64,000 bases of DNA from Mizuhopecten yessoensis (taxonomy: Eukaryota): assembly GCF_002113885.1 (NCBI RefSeq), contig NW_018408433.1, forward strand, positions 403,226-467,225, read 5' to 3'. Positions 51,253 to 64,000 of the stretch are shown here, piece after piece; the first letter of the stretch is position 1, and each line of letters opens with the position of its first letter. A program made the position numbers and the translations under genes. The notes beneath the pieces are model-generated. The model had not been told where the DNA came from and made no database searches. It was given only the letters and a program-made list of their open reading frames with translations.

Positions 51253-51411
51253 ACTCTTTAATGCTCAGAGGCAACCTCGACTAACAGGGGTTACGCTCAC
51301 CTATGCTCTAGAGAGCGTAGGTGAGTGTAACCCCTGGAAATCGAGGATGGCACAGGGGTGTAGGCTAGGGAAGTTCTCCCGAGAGGATCCTACACCCTTG
51401 GGCATAAGAGT
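51253..51411. mobile_element. Nested palindromic mini-elements (MITE-like hairpins)
   Basis: 25-bp inverted repeat 51285-51309/51312-51336, flanked by cctcga/tcgagg; second stem gggtgtagg/cctacaccc; outer stem actctt..atgctca/tgggcataagagt. Confidence 0.7.
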
Positions 51412-53564
51412 ATTTTCTCTCTTATTCCAACCACCGGAATAAGCTCAGATACCATGAAAATGCGTTTGGACTGGCCACCATTTTGAAAATACCAATCCCC
51501 CTTCTGAGCTTTTTAGACGAAAACGAATCAGCCAGCCGGATTAAACATATCCCATATATTCACAAACAGAGTTTGTACAGGAAAATTAATCACATCTTTC
51601 TAACGTGTACGGTAAATGTATCGTAAAAGGTTTTTAATTTCATCACCTCACCTTTTTCACATTGCGGTATCGTAAAGTTCCAAATGGTCACATGAAATGG
51701 GGTGTAAGATACAAATGTCCTACATCCCTTCCTTACCATGGACAGCTCTATCTTACACACAGGAAAATGAGAGAAAGTAATTTCTTAAATGTACTTAAAG
51801 TTGAATAGTTTGTTTGGTTATTAATGACACAAGCTTCGAAAGTATTTCATTATTCGTATGGTTTGTGAAAATATAGACTAAACATATTGGATTGCTAGTT
51901 CTTGCCGTATGATTGTGACAAATGAAAGAACCATCTTGTAAGCACATGATTTCTGTGGTGTCCTCATGCTTTTGTGAATATGTCAATATTTACAATTGTC
52001 ATAAAAATGGACATATAAGCGAGAACATGTATGTACAGTGTATTTATCCCCAACCCCTGGATATGTTATAAAAAAATGGATATATTCGCGAAGACATGCT
52101 TTTGCCAAACAACAGGAAGAAATTAAAAAAAATAAGTTTTTTAATTTGTGATTGTTTCGCAACGCGAATTCGATCTACTGTCAATTGTGTGATATTATTA
52201 ATTTAACCCAGTTTAAATAATAATAAAATTATTTGCTTTTTCACCTACGATGTTTACATAATACTAGCATGTTGTCAGAACTAGGGATACGTTAAGATGT
52301 ACTTTTCTGCGTTCATGTTCTATTTTGTTCATTTTAATGGCACCTACATTGACACTCTTCGACCTACTTCTGTTCAAGTAACGTTAATCCCCAACGAAAC
52401 TTTTGTTTTTGTTTTGGATTAGGGATGACCTCCGTTGCCTCTGATTGGCTCATACAATATCGGTTATAGTTAGAGTTACAAATGGTCTTATTCTTGATAC
52501 TTTGTGGGTGTGATGCATATGGGATATACGTTGAGCTGAATTGCCAACTTTTAACATTCATGATTCCTTATTGCCACCATGGTCTTTGATCGGTTGAGAC
52601 AGAAGCGGTTATAACTTAAGTTGTATGCAGTCGGTTATGAGGGAATGATTCATTGGGGATTATGTGATTCCTATAATTAGTATTCCTGTGGCTTGTAGAT
52701 CTTTTTACCATAAAATAGGAACACTTGATGGGCTATGTCAAATTTTCTGTTGAAGCGCGTTGTTTTACAACATTCGGATTATGTCTGCCGACTCACAAGT
52801 AACAAATCAACGTTTGATGGACATCGTACTTTGTATCCTGATGACAAAATTAATGAAGATGCATTAATCATCTTCTTTAATCCAAATTACAAATCAGTGT
52901 GCTTCCGAATGCGAACAGCGGCTTGACATTTTGATGAAAAGCTTATCACAAGTACATTTCCTTTGGGAGCGCAGTGGTTCAGTTGGCTTTTTTCTGTGTC
53001 TTTGGTGGGATTCAATATTCAAAACACAGAAAACATCAATATTAGTGAAAGAGTAAAACCCCACTTTGCTGACACCTGAATTGAAGTATACCATCTTATG
53101 GCTTTTAAAGACTGGTTTACCGTTATCTAAATATCATTATTTTAATGAAGATTAAAAACAAAGAGAAAAAAACAGAATAGTGGTTTGCACTAAAAATTGA
53201 TGGAACAAAACTATGGCAAACTACTAACAAAGGACAGATTTATAGGGATGCCCTTGATATTGTGCAAAGCAAATAAGACTTAGAATTCATTCCAAACGGA
53301 AGAGTAAACGTGTAATTTCTCAGCAATGACACGCCTATGTCATATCAAGGCCGGAGCAATACAAACGTATATTTTAACCATTTTGCACCCTACCAAGCAT
53401 AATCAAAAACGTCCATATCAATATCGCTATATAGGAAATATAATTGTTCCCGATGATATCATGATGGTGTCCACAAGTATTGCCCATAGTCTTAATCAAT
53501 TGGCATTTCTGGAAACCCTGTCTTGCACGTTGTCCGTAAACAATCGACATCAGTCACAGAACTA

Positions 53565-53960
53565 GAGGTTCTCCGACGAGTGATGGTTGTTTGTGATGTT
53601 TATCTATCTCGAATTATTTTTCCAATGGTATAAAGACAAAAAGTTTACCGAGTGTTTTTTACAATTTAAAAATTGACTAACGATATTTAGATACACATGA
53701 TTATGAACCATCACGAGTTTGGGGACCTTTCCCTCACAATGTTGAGATAATAGATCCAAAACATATATAAATATATACATAATATATATTTTCTCCATTC
53801 GAAACAACACTTGCCATGAACTATGACAGCGCAATAGAAGATGACGCCGCAAAAACATTCTTACTTGACGTCATAACTAGAAGATTGATCATTAAAATAA
53901 CGTCTAGTTGTCACAACTCCTAGCATGTTTATACGATCAGTTTGGGAGTAATGAAACTAT
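53565..53960. mobile_element. Second copy of the palindromic DNA element at 3826-4260
   Basis: Shared blocks atgtttatcta.ctcg, gtttaccgagtg, catcacgagtt.gggacct, tgacgtcataa, caactcctagca.gttt. Confidence 0.6.
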
Positions 53961-54394
53961 ATTCTTTCCGATATCAAATTACCAGCAACTTGTAAACACC
54001 GAAACTATCAATAAAGGGAATGTTCACGACTGGATAATCGAAATCGTTACGATTATGGAAGCCCTCCATGATAAACATGCTGCAATCAAACCTAAACAGT
54101 AAAAGAGTATTTAGTAACTTTGATTTAAATTTAGGAGGGTATACATGCGTACGTTTGATGAGTGTTAATTGCTACTTAAAGATACGACGTCCTCGAAATA
54201 TCGTTACGAAATCATTGAAAATGTCTGACTGGCAAACTGCCACAAAATGCCCATACCACTAGTTTTCTCTTATTTATAAACCCCCTGTTTCAAACAAACC
54301 GTTTAGAACGGTTTAGAATCTCATTTTGGCCTCTACCATCATCTATGGATCCTAGAAGTTCGAAACAGCTTTAAGTGCAATCCGTAATCTATTT

Positions 54395-54873
54395 TTTATT
54401 GATTATAATAATAAGCATTTGATATACCGCCATATCTAGCTGGAATAAACCACTCTAAAAGGCTTTACAGTACAAAGGTATACAATTTTTACAATCAATG
54501 AAATTAGCATATACATTATCCAATACAATTTTGAGGAATTCGCAGGAGCTGCCTTGTCACGCGCTTACTACCACCTGGCTAATATCTTCCTATGTGTGTA
54601 TACCTGCATGTGTGCTGGATATGTATTGTGTTCTGTTTTACAGTTGGACCGTGCTTCCAACGGTATAGTGTATAGTGCCACCTCACTTAAACGCTACAGC
54701 AGATATCCGCAACATCAACTCACGACCATTTTATACTCCACCTGGGTTGTTAAAATTGTATGGGTAGGAGAAAAACACTTTCTCTAAATATTACATGTGT
54801 ACGACGACCTCGAGGATCGAGCCCCGGCCGCCTGCGTGGAAGACCGAAGTGTTAACAACTCGACCAATCCGCC
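54395..54873 (-). mobile_element. tRNA-headed SINE with L2-like tail
   Basis: Minus-strand head gggcggattggtcgagttgttaac...ggggctcgatcc; tail tgtaaagcc...gcggtatatcaaatgcttattattat. Confidence 0.55.
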
Positions 54874-57800
54874 CTTTAAGGGGTTTAAGTACCCCTTCTA
54901 TTTCAACAGTTGTTTTGACCAATTTTTTATGTCAATTATGGCTCCAAATATCAAACGCTGTATGTTACAGTACAGTTTTTAATTGGCATACTGTATCTAT
55001 TACCAAACCATACCAAACCATATGTGTATCTTAATGTTTTCTGCATCACATAATTATGCACATTTCATGAATTCTTTCTTCAAATCCAGTTCAACAGGTC
55101 CTCAATCAGCTATAATAATTAACAGAATAACTCAGTCCTTCTTATTTCTTTATGACGTCGATGAGGTAGCGAATCACTATCCAAGAGTATTACGTTGTAA
55201 TAGTGATGATCATCTCCAACATGGATGTAATGAAAAAGATTTGGTTTCCTTATTTGAACAGAAATGGCCTGTGGCTCATGTGGTCTTCCCAACATAGCCT
55301 TTTCGGCAACACTGAAGAACGACTCCCGCGGCCACCTATGGAAACACTTTGGATCTTTATCTATTTGTGTTCCTTATTTACTATATCCCTTTTTTTGGTG
55401 ATATTTTCCGAAATATATTATGTTATGTATCTTAATTCCAGCAAATGTTGACGTTTAAGTTTGGTCGTACCTCAATGTGGTCTCAGAATGGCTTCAGCAT
55501 CATTCGACGTTGTCGCGATTTAATCTTAGCTGTTACGATGACTTTAAGTACCTAGCTAGCAGAGCAGAATTATGTGTACTGACATTTCTACGCATGCTTA
55601 TTAAAATGAAATGAATTAGGATATACCACTCCAGAAATGTATTGTGCCAAAATTGTAATTCTTAGCAGATAATTATCACAAAGAGACCTGGTTGTTTTTA
55701 TCATATAATATTTGTGACTTTATCATGAAATATATAATTAATCTTCACCAATCTTGAATCTTGAATTATAAATATTGCACGATTAAACCAGAACCAAATT
55801 AGCAGCGCCTCATGTATTTTTGTAATATATGAAGAGTCCAATTTCAGAAATAAGGGTTCGTATGCAGCTCCAATATATGTATATTCAAAAGTTACGTATA
55901 GTATCTTATTATTTTTACCGTTTTACGAATATAACACATGGAAGTGTATATGCAGTTTTACTGTTATCTTTTATTTACAAATTTACGACAATTATCAAAG
56001 GTGTTAACTTATTTTTGTTTTCCTGGTATTTATAAGTATCTTGTTTTGTTCAATATATGTATGCATGGACTTTTTAGAACTTCTCTGACACTAGAAGATA
56101 GATGTACCTGTAACACATTATTTCTTTTCCGTAGTAGAGTGTTATCGCAAATCAGAGGGGAATCCAATTTAAATTTTAGTTTGAAAGGCATAAATTAGCT
56201 ATGCATAACTAAAACATACACCAAATTAACTCCATTCTATGAAACCAATGACATACAATGCATAAGGTGTATCTTCGTCTTATGTTTCTTATCAGAAATA
56301 TTTACTACAAAAACAAATCTAGTATTTCTTTAAGAAAGTAAGTTACAAATGAGAATGGAACTAAAACCAGAAGAAATAACACGACTTAATTTGTGTCATT
56401 TTAACAGTTTTTAAATTGTTACTTGTTTGTTTTGTTTTTGACTTGTTGTAACACTTCACCAAGACGTGTTTACGATTGACATTTTCCAAGAAGTACAAGA
56501 ACGAAATTCCATCGGGAAGCAGGTGATTGTGAATCCACATAAACTAGCAGAATTGTTTTGATGGAGTTCCTCTTCACGCTTAAAGTACAATTTATTTAAG
56601 TGAATTGCCCTATGGCACACCTTTTGTTTTTATTGCCTGAACACGTTTGTCATTTTTGAAATTACACTTCGATTTAATGGAACAATTTCAAATGTAATGA
56701 CAGTTAATATGCATCTTATTAAGATCTAACCTGTTGAGTGTGCTGCTGTATGAAATATTATGAAATATAACACAGATAGATGTAGTATATTTTGTTGTAC
56801 GTTACACACATGCACGCATTCACAACATACACGGAGGCACGTCCTTTAATGACCTTAGCTGTTAATAGGACGTTGATCAAAATAAAACCAAACCAAACTT
56901 GCGTTAAAATATCGACATTTTTTTTATGATGTTCTTAGCTTGTTCAGGTTCGGGGAAAGAATAGACCTGCTGCATCCCGCTGCATGTCATAAGAGACGAT
57001 TTATGTCGGGTCCCGTAAAGAATTTTTTTTTTCATATTTATCGTCTGTTAAAGGAACATAACAGAAATCAAAATTTATCTAAAGCCCCTATAGCAATACT
57101 TTGGATATATATTTGTTTGACCGTCTACACTTCTCTTTAGGCAGTGTCTCTCTAGGCAACCATCTTTATATGACGAGCTTTTGCGATTATACTAGCCCTT
57201 GATAGCAGTGTTGTGGTTTCGTTGGCACGTCCGCTGTTTGTGCACGTGCCATTTGTTGGATGTGACCGAAATTAACATGACAGGAGTCGTTGATGAGGCA
57301 GAAGACTCTTACACTTTCGGAACACCTGGTGCTACTCTCGTTATCCTTCTCAAGGGTAGTTGTGATTAGTGCTGATATTTTGACGTAGTTTCATCGATTT
57401 TTAAACCGTTAACAACAAATTTTGTAAGGTCAATGTAGCAAAATAATAAGAATCAATGCGTAGACAACAAATTATACTGTGTAAAACCGAAAATCGGTGA
57501 ATGGTATCCATGCTATAGAAAAAACCGTCAACATAGGTTATCTTTGCCACTAAGTTTTAAATGACATTAACGTGAGTTATTGCCTACACCAGAAGCCCAT
57601 TAAATGTAACAAACCAACTTGTAATGAAGATACAAATATGACACTTATATCACTTTTTTGTATGGTACGTGTAATTTCATTACATGGAGAAATGCTTCAC
57701 TGTCAGTTAAAACAAATAAAATAGAGAAAGCCTACCAAACCAAAGCTTACTATTTTTTACGCGTATTTTAGAATAATGTTTTAACAGGATGGGCTGTCAA

Positions 57801-58861
57801 CGTGATTGATATTTATATTATATGAAACACTTGATTTATCGACTATAAATGATAAAAATGATCTTTCCGGTCATCGTTGACGAAAACTGTCTCTGGTGGG
57901 CAGATTAATATGTCAGTCACTTTAACAGCTTGTAAATACAGACGTATATGTTCATTGTATGGCAATGGCAAAGCGATAAAATATTTTTTCTTCATTATAG
58001 TTATCTTCTATATCTAAGACAAATCGCACTCAATAAGTGTGTCCAATATAGAAAGCCTATCAGCAGCGTAGTGAAAATAGTATGATAAGACAGGAAATAT
58101 GTCCTGCAAGCGACGTGTGGGAACTAGTTTCCTTTGACATATATGTTTGCGTGGCCTGAACTGACAACATTTGTTTGAGGAACAAGGATGATATATTGGT
58201 TTTGGAAGATCTAGATTAATACATTAATTCTTATAAAAGAAACCGTATTGTGAAAATATTTTCAACATAACAGCAGGAATTGTCCGTGACAACGAGTATT
58301 GATAGCGAAGGCGTTGCCAGGAGGGTAACATTTGTTAGCAATTTTTAAAAGAGCATATTACATCCTGATTTAACATAAGGTTTTATCAATCTTGTAAATA
58401 AATGACATAACATGCCGTTGGTGTTGCCGATGTTATATAAAATTCGCATCCTTTACATATGTAAATAATGATCGTCGTCCTGAAGTATGCATTTCGGATT
58501 GGCACAACACCCTTTTAGACTAGAAAATATTACTTTACAATAGATAACTAGTAAAGGATTTGGCTTTTGTTCTTTGTCAGTAAAACAAATTTTAAAACAA
58601 ATCTTCTAGACAAGCTTCATCAATATAGTATTCAATGGAACCTCTTCTCTCTGTTTCTGTTAATGTTCCTTCATAGTCTGGTAATCTTACATTGGGGATC
58701 CAAGTGATTCAATCAAACTGTCTATGGAGTCAGTCTAAGCACTTTTCTAGACTTTCAAATTCGTTTAGATGTTACATCATACATACCACATGCCGTAGAA
58801 AAGAACAAAACTGTGAAAAGGGGAAATGTACGGAGCCCGTTAACTGACATGCTACACACTT

Positions 58862-59245
58862 ATTTTATTTCGTTTTATCGAATTGTTATTTCGTTTTTTC
58901 GAATTATTATTTCGTTTAAACGAATTATTATTTCGTTTTTTCGAAATATTATTTCGTTTTTTCGAATTATTATTTCGTTTTTTCGAATTATTATTTCGTT
59001 AAAACGAATTATTATTTCGTTTTATCGAAATATTATTTCGTTTTTTCGAAATATTATTTCGTTAAAACGAATTATTATTTCGTTTTATCGAAATATTATT
59101 TCGTTTTATCGAATTATTATTTCGTTTTATCGAAATATTATTTCGTTTTATCGAATTATTATTTCGTTTTAACGAATTATTATTTCGTTTTTTCGAAATA
59201 TTATTTCGTTTAAATGAATTATTATTTCGTTAAAACGAAATAATA
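58862..59245. repeat. 21-bp tandem array (TTTCGTTTTWTCGAAWTATTA) x~18 ending in an inverted partial unit
   Basis: Direct periodicity; the array terminates tattatttcgtt-aa-aacgaaataata. Confidence 0.95.
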
Positions 59246-60929
59246 TTGACGGCGTCTTCGGAACTCTTCTGCTGCGAAAACAACTAAAGCTATTACACCT
59301 TGCTTGATCAGGGACGGACGGACGGAGTCCTTTGAAGGTAAAGTTGATATTAAGTATGTAAACTTGTACGAAATGTATATAGATGTGAACTAGGCCTACA
59401 GTGCTTGTAAGTTTTGTGCTTTTCAGAAATCGTTTAGATATTAACCAATGACCAGGTCTTTTTATGAATATTTCACTTGATCAACCCTAATTTTCTCGAC
59501 AAGCTATTCACTAATTCAGTACAATAGGCTAGGCCTACTGGCCGTTTTCGTTTATCGCATTCCAAACGGTTTGACCAGATTTGTTCGGTTTATGAAATAT
59601 CGACAGACCTAGTAATTTGATGTTATTTTATGTCAAGTCTTGACAGAGATTTTCAAGGCCTGTATTGCCATTTGCAGGTCCGTCAGGTCGTATCCCTGAA
59701 ATGATCAAGTCTAGAACAGGCCCCGCGCCGGTATTCGGATGATTTTGTTGTGTCTAATACGGATGACTGCTGTCTTTGTGTACCGATAAACTCAATATCA
59801 TTGTTCTTCAGGTTAAATCTACCACTGAACGAGTTATAAAGGCAAAGAATAGTTTCACTTTTTGTTTTTACATTTGGAGTATTCTCCCTTCTATATAGAA
59901 GATGAAGCATTTTTTTCTGACTCTGTGTAACTTCCACTGTCAGGATTTTCATACATTTTTTGGCCAATAACTGGACACTCTTTAAGATGAAATGCTTTAA
60001 TTCTTAGATGGCAACATTGATAGTGCAAGCTTTGAAATATAAAGGTTCTAAGTTTGTTTGAATCTTCAAATGCTGAAAATTTCAATTTTTAACAGGTTTT
60101 TTTATTCCATAAATTGTATTTTAACATGCATATATGTGATGTACCATGAATACTTGAAAAGAGTTTAAAACATATCTTTCAATATTGGCAATGCTTACAA
60201 CTAATTACCCTTTCCTAGCAGACACACCCTGTCTCATCTGGATTTACCTCACCAACACACTAATCCGAAGAAAACAAATCAGAAACCAGAACTGTCCACA
60301 TCTTTGGAGATGCTTTTCAACATAAACTCCATCCTCCTAAACCCTCAACAACACAACTTTCACACATGCTTCAACATATTAAAGGACAGCAGCTAAACGA
60401 CAAAATTCTATAATACTTTCCAAATGTGGTTATTTCACCCCCTCCCTAACACCAGCCCAATCATATACTTTTTCACACACAGTGACACACACAATCCTGT
60501 GATTATCATAGACATTTTTCTGACAAGCCCTTTACATCTTTAACTTTTTATGAGTCCCATTACTAAGAAATATATAGTTGGTCTTCAGAAAGTTGGTGAG
60601 TACGAAAGGAAAAAGATGAGTCCAGGACTCAAATATCTGAGTCCAAAACATTACTGACCATCACAGTATTACACACATGCATACCCAGTAGCTAACTGGA
60701 ACATATTTCCTGCAATACCAAACCCACTGGATTTTTTTCATCCTGATCATGAAAGACATTGTTTTGTTATTATTGTTATACATATATGTAATTTTATAAC
60801 TGTCCATGTCAAGATGATACATTTTCTGTACTGAAAACCCTCTTTCAAAATATGTTAGCAGGTACACTGTATATTTATGGCAGAAATATATAAAAGTTTC
60901 ATTCATATTTTTTATTTTCCAGATACAGG

Positions 60930-60995
60930 ATGGAAGACTTTTTAAAAGATCGAGGAGTAGAAGGAACCATCATTAATAAAATGAAAGAAGAAGGT
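60930..60995 (+). CDS. First coding exon of a SAM-domain-like protein (MEDFLKDRGVEGTIINKMKEEG)
   Basis: ttttattttccag acceptor (60922), ATG at 60930, phase-0 GTAAGT donor at 60996. FL..RG....I..MKEE resembles SAM helices 1-2. A candidate non-coding exon ends GAAG|GTAAAG at 59337. Confidence 0.55.
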
Positions 60996-61450
60996 GTAAG
61001 TAATGTCTTTAAATCAGAAAAAAAGTCTGACTATCAAGGAGTGAAACAACTTGGTAATGGTAAAAGTCCAGGATTTGTTGAGAAATGTCCTTTTTAGAAA
61101 AAACATTGTTAAAAAACATTGTTAAAAGGCTTCATTTCATCAATATGGGAAACTGACCCCTACTCCACCACTGTTTTGCCCTAATTTTTTTAACTCCACA
61201 TTTGATTTCTGTTATTTAAAGATATAGAACCATATCTTAAAGTAAGTTAAAAAAACAATTGATTAGATTTTTTTTTAAATGGTTGATGGCTTCATTTCAC
61301 CATTATGGTAGAGTGACAATTTCTTTGTTGAGATATGAAAGTGTGTTTATATTTATGCCTGGACCATTTTTTTGGTCCAGCTACTGGGCCCGGTAAACAA
61401 GATTTACAGATGACCCGTGAACGTGGTAAAGTAAAGGTATCTACCAGGTA

Positions 61451-61650
61451 TTTTCGCTTACCTGCCCAGAGGGCAATTGAACTTCTGCCATGGCGCAGCG
61501 TCCATCGTCCATCCATCAACTTTTCCTTTAAAACACCACTAGTCCTGAATGACTAAGAGGATTTTAGTTAAATTTGGTCTGGAGCAGCCTTGGGCGAAGG
61601 GCACTCAATTTTGTATAAACGTGAGTGTGGCCCCCAAGGGGGCAGAGGGG
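61451..61650 (+). mobile_element. 5' part of a HINE/Helentron element
   Basis: ttttcgcttacctgccc..gggc head, a (TCCA/GTCC) microsatellite and the start of a monomer, running into the satellite. Confidence 0.55.
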
Positions 61651-64000
61651 TGGTGTAATGTGGTAATGTAATGTGGTAGTGTGATATGGTAGTATTATGT
61701 GGTAGTGTGATATGGTAGTGTACTGTTATGTGGTAGTGTAGTGTAATGTGGAAGTGTGATATGGTAATGTGATATTGTAGTGTGGTGTGGTAGTGTTATG
61801 TGATGTGTAGTGTTTTGTGGTGTGTAGTGTTATGTGGTGTGTAGTGTTATGTGATGTGTAATGTTATGTGGTAGTGTGATATTGTAGTGTGATGTGGTAG
61901 TGTAATGTGGTAATGTAATGTGGAAGTGTGATATGGTAATGTGATATTGTAGTGTGGTGTGGTAGTGTTATGTGATGTGTAGTGTTTTGTGGTGTGTTGT
62001 GTTATGTGATGTGTAATGTTATGTGGTAGTGTGATATGGTAGTGTGATGTGGTAGTGTAATGTGGTAATGTAATGTGGTAGTGTGATATGGTAGTATTAT
62101 GTGGTAGTGTGATATGGTAGTGTACTGTTATGTGGTAGTGTAGTGTAATGTGGAAGTGTGATATGGTAATGTGATATTGTAGTGTGGTGTGGTAGTGTTA
62201 TGTGATGTGTAGTGTTTTGTGGTGTGTAGTGTTATGTGATGTGTAGTGTTATGTGGTGTGTAGTGTTATGTGATGTGTAATGTTATGTGGTAGTGTGATA
62301 TTGTAGTGTGATGTGGTAGTGTAATGTGGTAATGTAATGTGGAAGTGTGATATGGTAATGTGATATTGTAGTGTGGTGTGGTAGTGTTATGTGATGTGTA
62401 GTGTTTTGTGGTGTGTTGTGTTATGTGATGTGTAATGTTATGTGGTAGTGTGATATGGTAGTGTGATGTGGTAGTGTAATGTGGTAATGTAATGTGGTAG
62501 TGTGATATGGTAGTATTATGTGGTAGTGTGATATGGTAGTGTACTGTTATGTGGTAGTGTAGTGTAATGTGGTAGTGAAGTGTGATATGGTAGTGTGATG
62601 TGGTAGTGTAATGTGGTAATGTAATGTGGTAGTGTGATATGGTAGTGTAGTGTTATGTGGTAGTGTAGTGTTATGTCGTGTGAAGTATGATGTGATGTGT
62701 AGTGTTATTTTAGTGTGTTGTGGTGTGTAGTGTTATTTTAGTGTGTTGTGGTGTGTAGTGTTATTTTAGTGTGATTAGGTGTGTAGTGTGATGTGGTTGT
62801 GTTATGTGGTGTGTATTGTTGTGTGGTGTGAAGTGTTATGTGGTGTGTAGTGTTATGCGATGTGTAGTTTTATGTAGTGAGTATTGTGGTGTGAAGTATG
62901 ATGTGGTGTGTAGTGTTATGTGGTGTGTAGTATGATGTGGTGTGTAGTGTTATGTGGTGTGTAGTGTTATGCGATGTGTAGTTTTATGTAGTGAGTATTG
63001 TGGTGTGAAGTGTTATGTGGTGTGTAGTGTTATGCGATGTGTAGTTTTATGTAGTGAGTATTGTGGTGTGTAGTGTTATGTGGTGTGTAGTGTTATGCGA
63101 TGTGTAGTTTTATGTAGTGAGTATTGTGGTGTGAAGTGTTATGTGGTGTGTAGTGTTATGCGATGTGTAGTTTTATGTAGTGAGTATTGTGGTGTGTAGT
63201 GTTATGTGGTGTGTAGTGTTATGCGATGTGTAGTTTTATGTAGTGAGTATTGTGGTGTGAAGTGTTATGTGGTGTGTAGTGTTATGCGATGTGTAGTTTT
63301 ATGTAGTGAGTATTGTGGTGTGTAGTGTTATGTGGTGTGTAGTGTTATGCGATGTGTAGTTTTATGTAGTGAGTATTGTGGTGTGAAGTGTTATGTGGTG
63401 TGTAGTGTTATGCGATGTGTAGTTTTATGTAGTGAGTATTGTGGTGTGTAGTGTTATGTGGTGTGTAGTATTGGTAATGATGTGGTGTTTAGTGTTATTT
63501 GGTGTGTATTGTTATGTGGTGTTTAGTGTGATGTGGTATGTAGTGTTATGTGGTGTGTAGTGTTATGTGGTATGTAGTGTTATGTGGTATGTAGTGTTAT
63601 GTGGTAGTGTATTGTTATGTGGTGTTAAGTGTTATGTGGTGTTAAGTGTTATGTGGTATGTAGTGTTATGTGGTATGTAGTGTTATGTGGTATGTAGTGT
63701 TATGTGGTAGTGTAGTGTTATGTGGTGTTAAGTGTTATGTGGTGTTAAGTGTTATGTGGTATGTAGTGTTATGTGGTATGTAGTGTTATGTGGTATGTAG
63801 TGTTATGTGGTAGTGTAGTGTTATGTGGTGTTTAGTGTTATGTGGTGTTAAGTGTTATGTGGTATGTAGTGTTATGTGGTATGTAGTGTTATGTGGTATG
63901 TAGTGTTATGTGGTAGTGTAGTGTTATGTGGTGTTTAGTGTTATGTGGTGTTAAGTGTTATGTGGTATGTAGTGTTATGTGGTATGTAGTGTTATGTGGT
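61651..64000. repeat. GT-rich pentamer-based satellite (TGTGG/TAGTG/TGTTA) with higher-order repeats; runs off the window
   Basis: Almost C-free + strand; ~400-420-bp blocks at ~61660/62060/62480; 63-bp units from 62995; ~20-bp units after ~63500. Confidence 0.97.

Larger units (their letters stand above)
58829..61450 (+). mobile_element. Left part of a probable IS3EU-like DNA transposon (right end not in window)
   Basis: TACGGAGCCCG..TGACATG terminus-like start, then a subterminal 21-bp array and a spliced gene start. The family call rests on recalled TAY...RTA termini; no transposase is seen. Confidence 0.4.

Noticed and set aside
54800-54873. tRNA gene (also 34600-34668 and 23720-23756)
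   Set aside because: A/B-box-like motifs without a complete cloverleaf, continuing into SINE body sequence.
58590-58705. Minus-strand peptide WIPNVRLPDYEGTLTETERRGSIEYYIDEACLEDLF
   Set aside because: Looks coding-like, but has an in-frame stop just upstream and no recognisable family or splice acceptor.

Overview
AT-rich eukaryotic (animal) DNA; the repeat families and one GPCR exon point to a bivalve mollusc (inference). Main contents: (1) A ~2.7 kb tandem duplication (7229-9939 / 9945-19506). Its second copy is interrupted by a 6.5 kb Ty3/Gypsy LTR retrotransposon (~11242-17784) with open gag and pol frames, a probable -1 frameshift signal, a PPT and a 3' LTR, but no 5' LTR or PBS. In the env position this element carries a third ORF encoding a two-C2H2-zinc-finger protein, directly behind a splice acceptor; this is the most novel item. 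(2) A host CCAP/neuropeptide-S-type receptor gene on the + strand: a clear TM1-TM2 exon at 48811-48946 and a candidate first exon near 21546-21641, so much of the window is probably intronic. (3) Many SINEs, several sharing a structured 5' head motif, plus Helentron/HINE-type elements, MITEs and Penelope-type minimal hammerhead ribozyme relics. (4) The left end of a probable IS3EU-like DNA transposon with a 21-bp array and a spliced SAM-like cargo exon (58829 onward). (5) Several satellites, ending in a >2.3 kb GT-rich array. No rRNA, true tRNA gene or CRISPR array was seen. All family names are by-eye recognition, not database results.
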